From contig JAGQSS010000001.1 in assembly GCA_020439405.1 (NCBI GenBank), positions 31,189-95,188 of the forward strand: DNA of 64,000 nt, in the 5' to 3' direction. A model generated the notes under the pieces. It was not told where the DNA came from. It saw only the letters and a list, made by a program, of their open reading frames with translations, and did not search any database. Positions within the stretch are counted from its first letter, which is position 1, and each line of letters begins with the position of its first letter. This document shows, one piece after another, positions 30,084 to 39,950 of the stretch. Both the position numbers and the translations under genes were made by a program. Source of the DNA: Ilumatobacter sp. GTDB lineage: Bacteria; Actinomycetota; Acidimicrobiia; Acidimicrobiales; Ilumatobacteraceae.

Positions 30084-30339
30084 GTCGGAGGACCGTATCC
30101 GATCTGGGTGGATCTCGACTGCCGAGACGGTAGTGTCAAATGCATCCTAAGTACTTGACGTGAGTTTCAAGGATGATGCAAGTGAATCCGTGGAGCGCGT
30201 TCGCGTCACCACCGAGCGTCGACAGAACCACCTGTTCATCCAGGTGTGACAAATATTCGCTCGCATTTTCCGGAAGAACACTGCTACAACATGATCTGAC
30301 ACATCGGCGGATCATCCTCGGCGGGAGCACTATTTCAAC
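30084..30339. promoter_or_regulatory. AT-richer divergent promoter region for the polysaccharide locus
   Basis: Visibly lower-GC intergenic stretch between divergent genes. Contains TTGACG (30155-30160), an imperfect dyad TGCATCCT...TTGA-N8-TCAA-GGATGATGCA, and TACGGT 8 nt before the GT4 start on the minus strand. Confidence 0.5.
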
Positions 30340-31878
30340 ATGAGCGGCGGACACACCTCGACTTCGTCATCCTCGGCGACCGAGATTACTTCACACGAAC
30401 TTGACACGTCACCCGTCGGGGCGACGGGTGTCCCCGTGGTCGATCGTGTCGTCCACGACGGCCCCGGTGAGCGGACGCAACGTCTGACCGCCGCGGGCAT
30501 CAAGCGACGTCTCGTGTTCGCCGACGCAGCGGCACTCGTCACCGGATGTGTCGTCGCCCTGGCGATCCAGCAGACGGTCCGACCGGTCGCCAGCTACCTG
30601 GCGTGGAATCAGCTGGTGTTGCTCGCCGCGTCGCTGCCCGGGTTCGCGTTCGGAGCGGCCATGAGCAAGCTCCACCTCTCCCGCGCGAACGAACGGCCCG
30701 CCGACGAGCGGCGCAACGTAATTCGCACCGTCTTGTACGGCGTGGCCGTGATGGTGCTGCTCGCATTCGGGTTCCAGGTCAAGTCGCTCTCGCGACTGTG
30801 GGTGCTGCTCGTCGCAGTGTGCACGATCGCTGCGCTGCTGCTCGAGCGTTCGATCGCTCGTCGTGCCTTCAACCGGCTCCGCTCGTCCGGCGCGCTGTCT
30901 CGTCGGATCCTGATCATCGGTACCGACGTCAACGCACTCCGCATGTTGCACATGTACGAACGCAATCCTGCCCTCGGGTACAAGGTGGTCGGTCTCGTGG
31001 GCGACGAGGAAGTCGGGGTCCGCGGCGGGGTGCGGGTGCTCGGACCCGTCGACGAACTCGACGAACTCCTCCTCGATGCCGACGCCAGCGGCGTGGTGAT
31101 CTCGCTCAACTCGATCCATCCCGACGCGGTCAACTCCCTCACCCGCCGACTGACCGACAACGGGTTCCACGTGGCACTGTCGTCCTCGCTGAGCGACATC
31201 GACGTCACTCGCCTCCGCCCACAATCGGTCGACGGCAGCACGCTGATGTACATCGAACCGGTGATCCGCAACGGCTGGCGGGCGCAGAGCAAGCGTCTGT
31301 TCGACGTCGTCGCAGCGCTGTCGATCCTCGTCGTGACGCTGCCGTTCTGGCTGGTCAGCGCGATCGCGATCAAGCTCGACTCGTCCGGTCCGGTGTTCTT
31401 CCGCCAGGAGCGGGTCGGCCGAGGCGGCAAGCCGTTCACCATGACGAAGTTCCGCACGATGTCGGTCGACGCCCACGAGCGTCGCCACGAGCTCGCTGCG
31501 CAGAACAAGTACGGCGACGGTCCGTTGTTCAAGCTCGACCACGACCCGCGGATCACCCGGGTCGGACGGTTCCTCCGCAAGACGTCGATCGACGAACTGC
31601 CACAGCTGATCAACGTGCTGCGCGGCGAGATGAGCATGGTGGGGCCGCGGCCGGCACTCCCGTCCGAGGTCGAGGAGTGGGACGTCGAACTCCGCGACCG
31701 ACTGCGAGTCCTGCCCGGGCTGACCGGCATGTGGCAGGTGTTCGGGCGGAGCGGGACGAGTTTCGCCGAGTACCGGCGGCTCGACCTCTACTATGTCGAC
31801 AACTGGTCGTTGGCACACGATCTCCGGATCTGCCTTCGCACGATCGGTGTCGTCCTGACCGGGAAGGGAGCCTCCTGA
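30340..31878 (+). CDS. Priming undecaprenyl-phosphate sugar transferase (WcaJ/WbaP-like)
   Basis: KRLFD, KLDSSGPVFFRQERVG, KFRTM, DPRIT, SIDELPQL, GEMSMVGPRP, PGLTG.WQV and DLYYVDNWS. Confidence 0.95.
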   Translation: MSGGHTSTSSSSATEITSHELDTSPVGATGVPVVDRVVHDGPGERTQRLTAAGIKRRLVFADAAALVTGCVVALAIQQTVRPVASYLAWNQLVLLAASLPGFAFGAAMSKLHLSRANERPADERRNVIRTVLYGVAVMVLLAFGFQVKSLSRLWVLLVAVCTIAALLLERSIARRAFNRLRSSGALSRRILIIGTDVNALRMLHMYERNPALGYKVVGLVGDEEVGVRGGVRVLGPVDELDELLLDADASGVVISLNSIHPDAVNSLTRRLTDNGFHVALSSSLSDIDVTRLRPQSVDGSTLMYIEPVIRNGWRAQSKRLFDVVAALSILVVTLPFWLVSAIAIKLDSSGPVFFRQERVGRGGKPFTMTKFRTMSVDAHERRHELAAQNKYGDGPLFKLDHDPRITRVGRFLRKTSIDELPQLINVLRGEMSMVGPRPALPSEVEEWDVELRDRLRVLPGLTGMWQVFGRSGTSFAEYRRLDLYYVDNWSLAHDLRICLRTIGVVLTGKGAS

Positions 31879-33170
31879 TGACTACCGTCGCAATCGTCGG
31901 AACCGGCTACGTCGGCCTCACGACCGGCGCGTGCCTGTCCCACCTCGGTGCGGACGTCGTGTGCTGCGATATCGATCAGGCCAAGATCGACATGCTCGAG
32001 ACGGGGGCCATCCCGATCGTCGAGGAGGGGCTCGAAGGGATCGTTCGCGAGAACCTGGCCGCCGGTCGACTTCGGTTCGTGCTGGGTCTCGACCCGGCGG
32101 TTTCGGAGGCCGACGTGGTTTTCCTCTGTGTGCCGACCCCACAAGCCGACGACGGATCGGCCGACCTGCGATACGTCACCGAGGCGGCCCGCGACCTCGG
32201 ACGTCTCGTGCGGCCCGGAACCGTCGTCGTCAACAAGTCGACGGTTCCCGTCGGGTCCTTCCACGTGGTCGGCGAGGCGCTGGCTCGGGACGACGTCGCC
32301 GTGGTGTCCAACCCCGAGTTCCTCCGTGAGGGCACGGCGGTCCACGATTTCCTGCATCCGGATCGAGTCGTCATCGGCGCCGATGATGCCGAGGCGGCGC
32401 GCCGTGTCGCGTCGCTTTACGAGCGGCTCGATGCACCGGTCCTGACCACCGACCCTGCGTCCGCGGAGATGATCAAGTACGCGGCCAATGGGTTTCTGGC
32501 GATGAAGATCTCCTTCGTCAACAGCGTCGCGAATCTGTGCGAACAAGTCGGCGCCGACATCACGAGTGTCGTCGAGGGCATCGGGAGCGACCATCGGATC
32601 GGTCCGGCTTTCCTGTACCCGGGACCCGGGTGGGGAGGTAGTTGCTTCCCGAAGGACTCACGAGCGCTCGTCGCGACGGCTGCCGAGCACGGGTACGACT
32701 TCTCGCTGATGCGCGGCGTGATCGACATCAACGAGCAGCAGTTCGGTCGTATCGCGCAGAAGGTGCTCGACGCAGCGGGCGACCATGCGGCGCCGACGGT
32801 CGGCGTCCTCGGGCTGACCTTCAAGGCCGGCACCGACGATCTGCGCGAGTCCCCGAGTCTCGAGATCATTCGGCGATTGCGCGATGCCGGAGCGCAGGTA
32901 CGTGCGTTCGACCCCACCACAGTCGGCGATCTCAGCCCGACGCAACTCCATCATCTCGGTGATCTCAGCGTGGCTGCCGATCCGTACGACGCCGTCGGCG
33001 GCGCAGATGTCGTCGTGATCCTCACCGAGTGGCCCGAGTTCGGCAAGCTCGACCTCGCTCGCGTCGCCGGAGCGATGCGGGGAGGGAGCGTCGTCGACGG
33101 AAGGAATCTCCTGCGTCCCGACGACGTCCGGGCCGTGGGCCTTTCGTACCAAGGCGTCGGTCGATCATGA
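31878..33170 (+). CDS. ugd: UDP-glucose 6-dehydrogenase
   Basis: GTGYVGL, CVPTP, NKSTVP, SNPEFLREG, GWGGSCFPKD and FKAGTDDLRESP. Confidence 0.93.
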   Translation: MTTVAIVGTGYVGLTTGACLSHLGADVVCCDIDQAKIDMLETGAIPIVEEGLEGIVRENLAAGRLRFVLGLDPAVSEADVVFLCVPTPQADDGSADLRYVTEAARDLGRLVRPGTVVVNKSTVPVGSFHVVGEALARDDVAVVSNPEFLREGTAVHDFLHPDRVVIGADDAEAARRVASLYERLDAPVLTTDPASAEMIKYAANGFLAMKISFVNSVANLCEQVGADITSVVEGIGSDHRIGPAFLYPGPGWGGSCFPKDSRALVATAAEHGYDFSLMRGVIDINEQQFGRIAQKVLDAAGDHAAPTVGVLGLTFKAGTDDLRESPSLEIIRRLRDAGAQVRAFDPTTVGDLSPTQLHHLGDLSVAADPYDAVGGADVVVILTEWPEFGKLDLARVAGAMRGGSVVDGRNLLRPDDVRAVGLSYQGVGRS

Positions 33171-34159
33171 CCCGAACCACGGTGGTCGCCGGCGGCGCGG
33201 GATTCGTCGGGTCTCACGTGTGCGACCGACTGATCGAGCGAGGCGAGCAGGTCGTCTGCGTCGACAACCTCTCGACCGGTCGTCTCGGCAATGTGTTGGA
33301 TCTGATCGGCCACCCCGCATTCCGCTTCCTCGACGCGGACGTGGCCGCGCCGGATTTCACCGACGCGCTCCGCGAGCATCTCGGTGGCGATCGGGTCGAC
33401 GCCGTGATGCACCTCGCGAGCCCGGCGTCGCCACCCGAATACCTACGTCGCCCGATCGACACGCTCGACGTCGGGAGCATCGGTACCCGCCAGTTGCTCG
33501 AGATCGCTCGGCGCGACGGGGCCCGCTTCTTCCTGGCTTCGACGAGCGAGGTCTACGGGGACCCGCTCGTGCATCCGCAGGTGGAGACGTACTGGGGTCA
33601 CGTGAATCCGATTGGCGAGCGGTCGGTTTATGACGAGTCGAAGCGTTTCGCCGAAGCGCTCACGATGGCCTACCACCGAACGTACGAACTCGACGTCCGG
33701 ATCGTTCGGATCTTCAACACGTACGGCCCGCGCATGCAGGCGGCTGACGGTCGCGTCGTCACCAACTTCATCGATCAGGCGCTGCGCGGTCGGCCGATCA
33801 CGATCTACGGCGACGGTTCGCAAACCCGGAGCTTCTGTTACGTCGACGACGAGGTGCGCGGACTGTTGGCCCTGCTGGACGGACCGGTCACCGGACCGGT
33901 GAACATCGGGAACCCCGGTGAGTTCACCATGCTCGAACTCGCTGCACTGGTCCTCGAACTCACCGGCTCCGATTCCGAACTCGTCTACCGCCCGTTGCCG
34001 TCCGACGACCCGCGTGTCCGACGCCCGGACATCTCGTTGGCGCGCGAGCACCTCGGTTGGGACCCCTCGATCGAGCTGCGTGAGGGTCTCGAACGCACGA
34101 TCGCGTGGTTCACGGCAGCGCTCGAGGCCGGCTCGGCCGAACCTCGGATCAGACGTTGA
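33167..34159 (+). CDS. UDP-glucuronate decarboxylase (UDP-xylose synthase family)
   Basis: GGAGFVG, HLASPASP, ASTSEVYGDP, YDESKR and RIFNTYGPRM. Confidence 0.9.
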   Translation: MTRTTVVAGGAGFVGSHVCDRLIERGEQVVCVDNLSTGRLGNVLDLIGHPAFRFLDADVAAPDFTDALREHLGGDRVDAVMHLASPASPPEYLRRPIDTLDVGSIGTRQLLEIARRDGARFFLASTSEVYGDPLVHPQVETYWGHVNPIGERSVYDESKRFAEALTMAYHRTYELDVRIVRIFNTYGPRMQAADGRVVTNFIDQALRGRPITIYGDGSQTRSFCYVDDEVRGLLALLDGPVTGPVNIGNPGEFTMLELAALVLELTGSDSELVYRPLPSDDPRVRRPDISLAREHLGWDPSIELREGLERTIAWFTAALEAGSAEPRIRR

Positions 34160-35237
34160 AGCGGAACTCCATCACGTCGCCGTCCTGGGCGACGTAGTCC
34201 TTGCCCTCGAGGCGGATCTTGCCGACATCCTTCGCCGCCGACCACGAGCCGAGGTCGAGCAACTCGTTCCACTGGATCACTTCGGCACGGATGAAGCCGC
34301 GCTGGAAATCGGTGTGGATCCGGCCGGCGCACTCGGGAGCGGTCGAGCCCTCGAAGAACGTCCACGCACGCGACTCCTTGTCGCCGGTCGTGAAGTAGGT
34401 GCGCAATCCGAGCAGGTGGTACGCCGAGCGGACCATCCGGAACAGGGCGCCTTCGCCGAGCCCGAAGCCCTCGAGCATCTCGGCGCGTTCGTCGGGATCG
34501 GAGATCGCGGCTGCCTCGGCCTCGAGCTGGACGCACATGCCGATGACCTCGACGTTGTCGCCGGCGTCGTTGAACTCGGCCTCGACGCGCGCTGCGGCCT
34601 CGTCGGCCTGTTCGACGGCGTCCTCGCCGACGTTGACGACCGCGAGCACGCGACGATTGGTCAGGAGGAAGTACGGCGCGAGCGTCGCACGGACGTCGGG
34701 CTTCAGTCCGGCGCGGTACAGCGGACGGCCTTCCGACAGTGCCGCCTCGGCGATCGTCAGCGCCTCGACGTCGTCGGCGAGCGATCGGTCGTTCTTGGCC
34801 TGCCGTTCGACGGCGGCCTTGCGCTTCTCGACCGTCTCGAGGTCGGCCAACGCCAACTCGAGTTCGACAACGCGGAGGTGCTCGAGCGGATCGGACGGGC
34901 CCGGCACGTCGTCGTCCTCGAACGCACGAAGGACGAACACGATTGCGTCGACCTCGCGGATGTTGGCGAGGAACTTGTTGCCGAGACCCTCACCCTTGGA
35001 CGCGCCCTCGACCAGCCCGCCGATGTCGACGACCTCGACCGAGGCGTGGATCGTCTTCTTCGACTTCGACATCGCCGACAGCTGATCGAGGCGATCGTCG
35101 GGCACGCGAGCGACGCCGATGTTCGGGTCCTTCGTGGCGAAGGCGTAGGGAGCGGCGAGTGCGCCGCCGCCCGTGAGTGCGTTGTAGAGCGACGACTTCC
35201 CGGCGTTGGGGAGTCCGACCAGACCAAACCGTTCCAT
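34149..35237 (-). CDS. ychF: Redox-regulated ATPase YchF
   Basis: GLVGLPNAGKS, DIGGLVEGASKGEGLGNKFLANIRE, IHTDFQRGFIRAE and EGKDY..DGD..FRFNV. Confidence 0.96.
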   Translation of the reverse strand: MERFGLVGLPNAGKSSLYNALTGGGALAAPYAFATKDPNIGVARVPDDRLDQLSAMSKSKKTIHASVEVVDIGGLVEGASKGEGLGNKFLANIREVDAIVFVLRAFEDDDVPGPSDPLEHLRVVELELALADLETVEKRKAAVERQAKNDRSLADDVEALTIAEAALSEGRPLYRAGLKPDVRATLAPYFLLTNRRVLAVVNVGEDAVEQADEAAARVEAEFNDAGDNVEVIGMCVQLEAEAAAISDPDERAEMLEGFGLGEGALFRMVRSAYHLLGLRTYFTTGDKESRAWTFFEGSTAPECAGRIHTDFQRGFIRAEVIQWNELLDLGSWSAAKDVGKIRLEGKDYVAQDGDVMEFRFNV

Positions 35238-35311
35238 GAGGTGCGTCAGGCTACCGGCCACCGGCAGCGTGACTCGTCGAAGCCGACGTGAGGTCGGCCT
35301 AGATTGCGGGC

Positions 35312-35845
35312 GTGCGAGTGCTGGTCGTGGGCGAGGCGGACGTCGGTCGTGCACCCCTGGTCGCGCGGCTGTTCGCGCAGCGCGGCCTCGACGCGACGTC
35401 GGCCGGGATCCAGCAGGCGTCGTGGCCCGTCCACAAGCACACCGTCACCGCTGCGAAGCGCGTCGGTGTCGGCGATCTCGGGGCACACGTCCCCCGTGTG
35501 CTCGACGTCGATCTCCTCATCCGCGAAGGTCGCCGACTGGCGGTCACGATGACACGGGAACAGGTCTTCACGTTGAGCGCCTACGACGCGTCGTTCTTCC
35601 GGACGACCTTCACCCTCCCCGAACTCGCCCGTCGGTGCGTGGCACTCGGCGTCGTCGACTCGTACGACGCCTGGATCGCCGCGGTCGGCGAGGGTCGAAC
35701 GGCGAACGACCTGTCACCGGGCTCGCCGAACGACGACGTCGTCGACCCGTACGGGCTCACCAAGCGCGCCCACATCGCGCTCGCCGAGGCCGCCGACACG
35801 ATGGTGGCTGCCGTCGTCGCGTCGATGGGCTGGCTCGACCGGTAG
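35312..35845 (+). CDS. Low-molecular-weight protein tyrosine phosphatase-like protein lacking the catalytic Cys
   Basis: RVLVVGEADVGRAP (canonical VCxGNICRSP), SAG, TM, TFTLPELAR and DVVDPYG. Confidence 0.75.
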   Translation: MRVLVVGEADVGRAPLVARLFAQRGLDATSAGIQQASWPVHKHTVTAAKRVGVGDLGAHVPRVLDVDLLIREGRRLAVTMTREQVFTLSAYDASFFRTTFTLPELARRCVALGVVDSYDAWIAAVGEGRTANDLSPGSPNDDVVDPYGLTKRAHIALAEAADTMVAAVVASMGWLDR

Positions 35846-35890
35846 TCGCCTGCGGCACCCGGCCGCGTGCGGATCGGTAGCGTGGTGCCC

Positions 35891-36868
35891 ATGCAGATTT
35901 CACGTGATGCGCGGGTGTACGTCGCCGGTCATCGGGGGCTGGTCGGGAGTGCGTTGTTGCGCAAGCTCGACGCGGAGGGCTTCTCGAACGTGTTGACGGC
36001 GACGCGCGACGAGTTGGATCTGCGCGATCAGTCGGAGGTGTCGCACTGGTTCAAGGCGAATCGTCCGGAGTTCGTGTTCCTGGTCGCCGGGACGGTGGGT
36101 GGGATCATGGCGAACAGCACCCGTCCGGCCGAGTTCATCTACGACAACATGATGATCCACGGCACGGTGGTGCACGCGGCGCACGAATACGACGTGTCGA
36201 AGTTGTTGTATCTGGGTTCGTCGTGCATCTATCCGCGTGCAGCGGAGCAACCGATCCGGGAGGATCAGTTGTTGACGGGGCCGTTGGAGCCGACGAACGA
36301 GTGGTACGCGGTTGCGAAGATCGCAGGCATCAAGCTGTGTCAGGCCTATCGGCGTCAGTACGGACGGGATTTCATCTCGGCGATGCCGACGAATCTGTAC
36401 GGACCGGGCGACAACTTCGATCTGGTGTCGTCGCACGTCTTGCCGGCGTTGATGCGCAAGTTCCACGATTCACTGTCGGCGGCCGATCCCGAGGTGGTGG
36501 TGTGGGGGACCGGCAGTCCGTTGCGTGAGTTCTTGCACGTGGACGATCTGGCCGATGCGTGCCTGTTTCTGATGGAGCACTACTCGGCCGATGAGCACAT
36601 CAACGTCGGTACCGGGGTCGATCTGTCGATTCGTGAGTTGGCGGAGAAGGTACGCGACGTGGTGAATCCTGACGCGCGTCTGGTGTTCGATCGGTCCAAG
36701 CCGGACGGAACTCCCCGTAAAGTGCTCGACGTGTCCAAGCTGAACGATCTCGGGTGGTCGCCCACCTACGACCTCGATGCCGGTGTACGCGCGACGTACG
36801 ACTGGTTCCTCGCCTCCCTCGCTGCCGATGACGGTCTGCGCGGTATCGACACCGCCGAGGTGGCGTGA
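35891..36868 (+). CDS. fcl: GDP-L-fucose synthase
   Basis: [40 protein letters not shown] and REFLHVDD. Confidence 0.96.
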   Translation: MQISRDARVYVAGHRGLVGSALLRKLDAEGFSNVLTATRDELDLRDQSEVSHWFKANRPEFVFLVAGTVGGIMANSTRPAEFIYDNMMIHGTVVHAAHEYDVSKLLYLGSSCIYPRAAEQPIREDQLLTGPLEPTNEWYAVAKIAGIKLCQAYRRQYGRDFISAMPTNLYGPGDNFDLVSSHVLPALMRKFHDSLSAADPEVVVWGTGSPLREFLHVDDLADACLFLMEHYSADEHINVGTGVDLSIRELAEKVRDVVNPDARLVFDRSKPDGTPRKVLDVSKLNDLGWSPTYDLDAGVRATYDWFLASLAADDGLRGIDTAEVA

Positions 36869-37833
36869 TGACCAAGACGGCGTTGATCACGGGTGTGTCG
36901 GGCCAGGACGGTTCGTATCTGGCGGAGTTGTTGCTCGACAAGGGGTATGAGGTGCACGGTGTGGTGCGTCGGTCCTCGTCGGTGACGCGGTCGCGGATCG
37001 ATCACCTGGAGTCGGATCATCTCCATAATCTTCATCTGCACTACGGCGATCTGGGTGATCCGTTGGGGTTGGTGCGGATCATCGATCGGTACGAGCCCGA
37101 CGAGGTGTACAACCTGGCGGCGCAGTCGCATGTGGCGATCTCGTTCCAGCAGCCCGAGTACACCGGTGATGTGACGGGTGTGGGTGCGATGCGGTTGTTG
37201 GAGGCGATGCGTGTCGCCGACAGTGGGGCGCGGTTCTATCAGGCGTCGTCGTCGGAGTTGTACGGGTCGACGCCGCCGCCGCAGAACGAAGCGACGCCGT
37301 TCCATCCGCGGAGCCCGTACGCGGTCGCGAAGCTGTATGCGTATTGGGCGACGGTGAACTATCGGGAGTCGTATGACCTGTTCGCGTGCAACGGGATCTT
37401 GTTCAATCACGAGAGTCCGCGGCGTGGTGAGAACTTCGTGACCCGCAAGATCACCCGTGGTGTGGCGGACATCAAGAAGGGTCGGGCGACCGAGTTGCGG
37501 TTGGGGAACCTCGACGCGAAGCGTGACTGGGGGTTCGCGGGTGACTACGTGCAGGGCATGTGGTTGATGCTGCAGCAGGACGCCCCCGACGATTACGTGT
37601 TGGCGACCGGTGAGGCGCACTCGGTGCGCGAGTTCTGCGAGATCGCGTTCGGTCATGCCGGGCTCGATTGGGAGCAGTACGTCGTGGTCGATCCGGAGTT
37701 CTTCCGGCCCGCCGAGGTCGACTATCTGCTCGGCGATCCGAGCAAGGCCGAACGGCAGCTGTCGTGGAAGCCGACCACCACGTTCGACCAGCTCGTCACG
37801 ATGATGGTCGACCACGACCTCGCCACCGACTGA
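36865..37833 (+). CDS. gmd: GDP-mannose 4,6-dehydratase
   Basis: [40 protein letters not shown] and [16 protein letters not shown]. Confidence 0.97.
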   Translation: MMTKTALITGVSGQDGSYLAELLLDKGYEVHGVVRRSSSVTRSRIDHLESDHLHNLHLHYGDLGDPLGLVRIIDRYEPDEVYNLAAQSHVAISFQQPEYTGDVTGVGAMRLLEAMRVADSGARFYQASSSELYGSTPPPQNEATPFHPRSPYAVAKLYAYWATVNYRESYDLFACNGILFNHESPRRGENFVTRKITRGVADIKKGRATELRLGNLDAKRDWGFAGDYVQGMWLMLQQDAPDDYVLATGEAHSVREFCEIAFGHAGLDWEQYVVVDPEFFRPAEVDYLLGDPSKAERQLSWKPTTTFDQLVTMMVDHDLATD

Positions 37834-37870
37834 CGCCGAGTTCACCCGCCCCACGGGGCCCGCATGTACC

Positions 37871-39226
37871 ATGGTGCATGTACGTGACCTCCCCGTCCTC
37901 GGGAACCGGCGGTGGGAGAATGAACCTGTGACAAGTGGTGTCGGCAGCGGTGGGCTGCACGACGACGGGTCGTCCCGGCTCGACCTGTGGCTGGCCATGC
38001 TCGCCGGCGACCGTGTGTGGGGCGACGGCGACGAGGATCCCTCGACGCGCCAGCAGGCCGTCTGTGCCCTCATGCTCGTCGCGCTCGCGGCCACCCTGCT
38101 CGTGCAGTGGGTCGCGCTCGCCAGCCGACACGCCGACGACCTCGGCCGACTCGCGATCCTCGCCGCGCTGAGCATCCTGGCGGCAGCGGCCCTGGCGGTC
38201 CGGCCGACCCGGCTGCTCCTCGGCCGTCAGAGCGAACCCCCCGGATTCCTGTTCAGCGTGATCTGGCGGGCGATCGCCTATCTGGTCCTGATCGCGTCGA
38301 CGACGGCCGTCATCGGCAGCTATCGCTTTCTCGCCGCCATCCCGCTCGGCCTGCTCGGTGGGAGCGATGCCCTCCTCACGTTGTGGGCGATCGGTGTCGC
38401 ACCCGCCCCCCGGATGTGGCTGAAGCGGTTCCTGTTCTCGACGATCCACTTCGGCGTGCTCGGCGCCATGCTCGCCGCCCTCTTCTTCGAGGCATCGCAG
38501 GAGACGCTCACCACGATGCTCGGCATCTATGTGGCGATGTGGCTCGGCGTGCTCATGGCCGGCATCACCGTGCTGGGCGTCAACCGTCTCAGCGCCGCCG
38601 TCGACGAGGAGAACCTCCGCAAGGAGGAGGCGGTCCGCGAGCGCGAGCGGCTGATGCGGGCCCACTGGCTGCACGACGACGTGCTGTCCGAGGTCCACCT
38701 CAGCACGCTGCGGTTGAAGAGCGTCGGCGATCTCGACGCCGCACGCGCCGAACTGGAGGAACTCGACCACCGGTTGCGGCTGCGGCAGCTCGACGAGGTG
38801 ATCCGTGGCGGCGAACCGCACCTCTACGAGATCCTCCAGCCGCACCTGCGCCGTATCCAGTCGCTCGGCATCCAGCTCTACCGTGTCCCGCCGCTCGAAC
38901 TGACGAACCGGCGCATCGACCAGGAGACGGCGCAGCTGTTCCACCGTGCCGTGTCGGTCCTGACGTCCAACGCCATCAATGCCGGTGCGACCCGTCTGGC
39001 GGTCGACCTGTTCAGCATCGAGGACGACACGATCGCGCTCACGGTCACCGACGACGCCGGCGGCTTCGACCTCGACGCCGTCCCCGCCGGACGCGGCCTC
39101 TCCAACCTGATCGCAGATCTCGGACCCCGACGGGTTCGCCGGCGCGACACGCAGCACGGCTCCGCCGTGACCGTCACCCTCCCACTCACCGCCCGCAGTC
39201 GGGCCCTCTCGAAGGAAGCCGTATGA
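37871..39226 (+). CDS. Membrane sensor histidine kinase (HisKA_3/NarX-like)
   Basis: About six TM helices, AHWLHDD H-box, SNAI N-box, DDAGGFD and GRGL. True start may be GTG 37928. Confidence 0.82.
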   Translation: MVHVRDLPVLGNRRWENEPVTSGVGSGGLHDDGSSRLDLWLAMLAGDRVWGDGDEDPSTRQQAVCALMLVALAATLLVQWVALASRHADDLGRLAILAALSILAAAALAVRPTRLLLGRQSEPPGFLFSVIWRAIAYLVLIASTTAVIGSYRFLAAIPLGLLGGSDALLTLWAIGVAPAPRMWLKRFLFSTIHFGVLGAMLAALFFEASQETLTTMLGIYVAMWLGVLMAGITVLGVNRLSAAVDEENLRKEEAVRERERLMRAHWLHDDVLSEVHLSTLRLKSVGDLDAARAELEELDHRLRLRQLDEVIRGGEPHLYEILQPHLRRIQSLGIQLYRVPPLELTNRRIDQETAQLFHRAVSVLTSNAINAGATRLAVDLFSIEDDTIALTVTDDAGGFDLDAVPAGRGLSNLIADLGPRRVRRRDTQHGSAVTVTLPLTARSRALSKEAV

Positions 39227-39933
39227 CACGCATCCTCCTCGTCGACGACGCCGCCGCCATGGCGGAGCTGTTCTCGAAGGAGGTCGCGACTCGCTTCGCT
39301 GCCGAGGTCGACGTCTGCGTCGCGGTCGCCGACGTCGAGCTGATGCTCAGTCGTGACCCGTACGACCTCGCCCTGGTCGATCTGTCGTTCCCCCAGGAGC
39401 ACGCGAACGGCATCGACGCGATGGCCGAGATCCATCGAGCGACCCCGGCGACGTGTCTGGCGATCATGACCCAGGGCGACGCGTGGGTGAGCGAGATCCT
39501 CCGTGACGCCTGGGACCTGCTGCCGATAGCGACGATCATCTCGAAGACGGCGCCGCTCGACTATCAGCTGGAGATGATCGAAGGGGTCCTCGAGGGGCGT
39601 GTCGTCGAGCCGGATCCCGCGGTCCAGACGCTGCTGCCGTCGCGTCGGAACCCCGAACGCACCCCGGCCCGCTTCTCCGAACTGATCCAGCACAACGGGC
39701 ACGCCAAGGTGTGGAACGTGCTGATGGACCGCAACTTCGAGGCGACGTACAAGAACGTCTCCGACTCGACGGGCCTCAAACTCAACACGGTCAAGAACTA
39801 CCGCTCGCAGCTCCTGCCCGAACTGCGCGTGCACCGGCTCGACGACCCGAGCCTGCGCGAGATGCAGGAGTTCGCGTGGCGGTGCCGGTCGTTCCTGCGG
39901 CCGTACGTGCAGGCGTCGCTCGAAGGGCGCTGA
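39223..39933 (+). CDS. Response regulator (receiver plus LuxR-like HTH)
   Basis: ILLVDD, LVDLSFP (phospho-Asp), IMT and ISK; C-terminal TYKNVS..GLKLNTVKNY; ATGA overlap with the kinase. Confidence 0.87.
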   Translation: MTRILLVDDAAAMAELFSKEVATRFAAEVDVCVAVADVELMLSRDPYDLALVDLSFPQEHANGIDAMAEIHRATPATCLAIMTQGDAWVSEILRDAWDLLPIATIISKTAPLDYQLEMIEGVLEGRVVEPDPAVQTLLPSRRNPERTPARFSELIQHNGHAKVWNVLMDRNFEATYKNVSDSTGLKLNTVKNYRSQLLPELRVHRLDDPSLREMQEFAWRCRSFLRPYVQASLEGR

Positions 39934-39950
39934 CCATCTCCACCCAGCTG

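Noticed and set aside
30245-30262. CRP/GlxR site (TGTGA-N6-TCACA)
   Set aside because: Only the left half-site matches; the right half is poor.
30546-33170. 874-aa ORF suggesting a fusion to UDP-glucose dehydrogenase
   Set aside because: The N-terminal half is an off-frame read through the sugar transferase; ugd starts at ATG 31878 (TGATG overlap).
37987-39933. 648-aa ORF suggesting a hybrid regulator
   Set aside because: The upstream part is an alternative frame of the kinase; the real start is ATG 39223.
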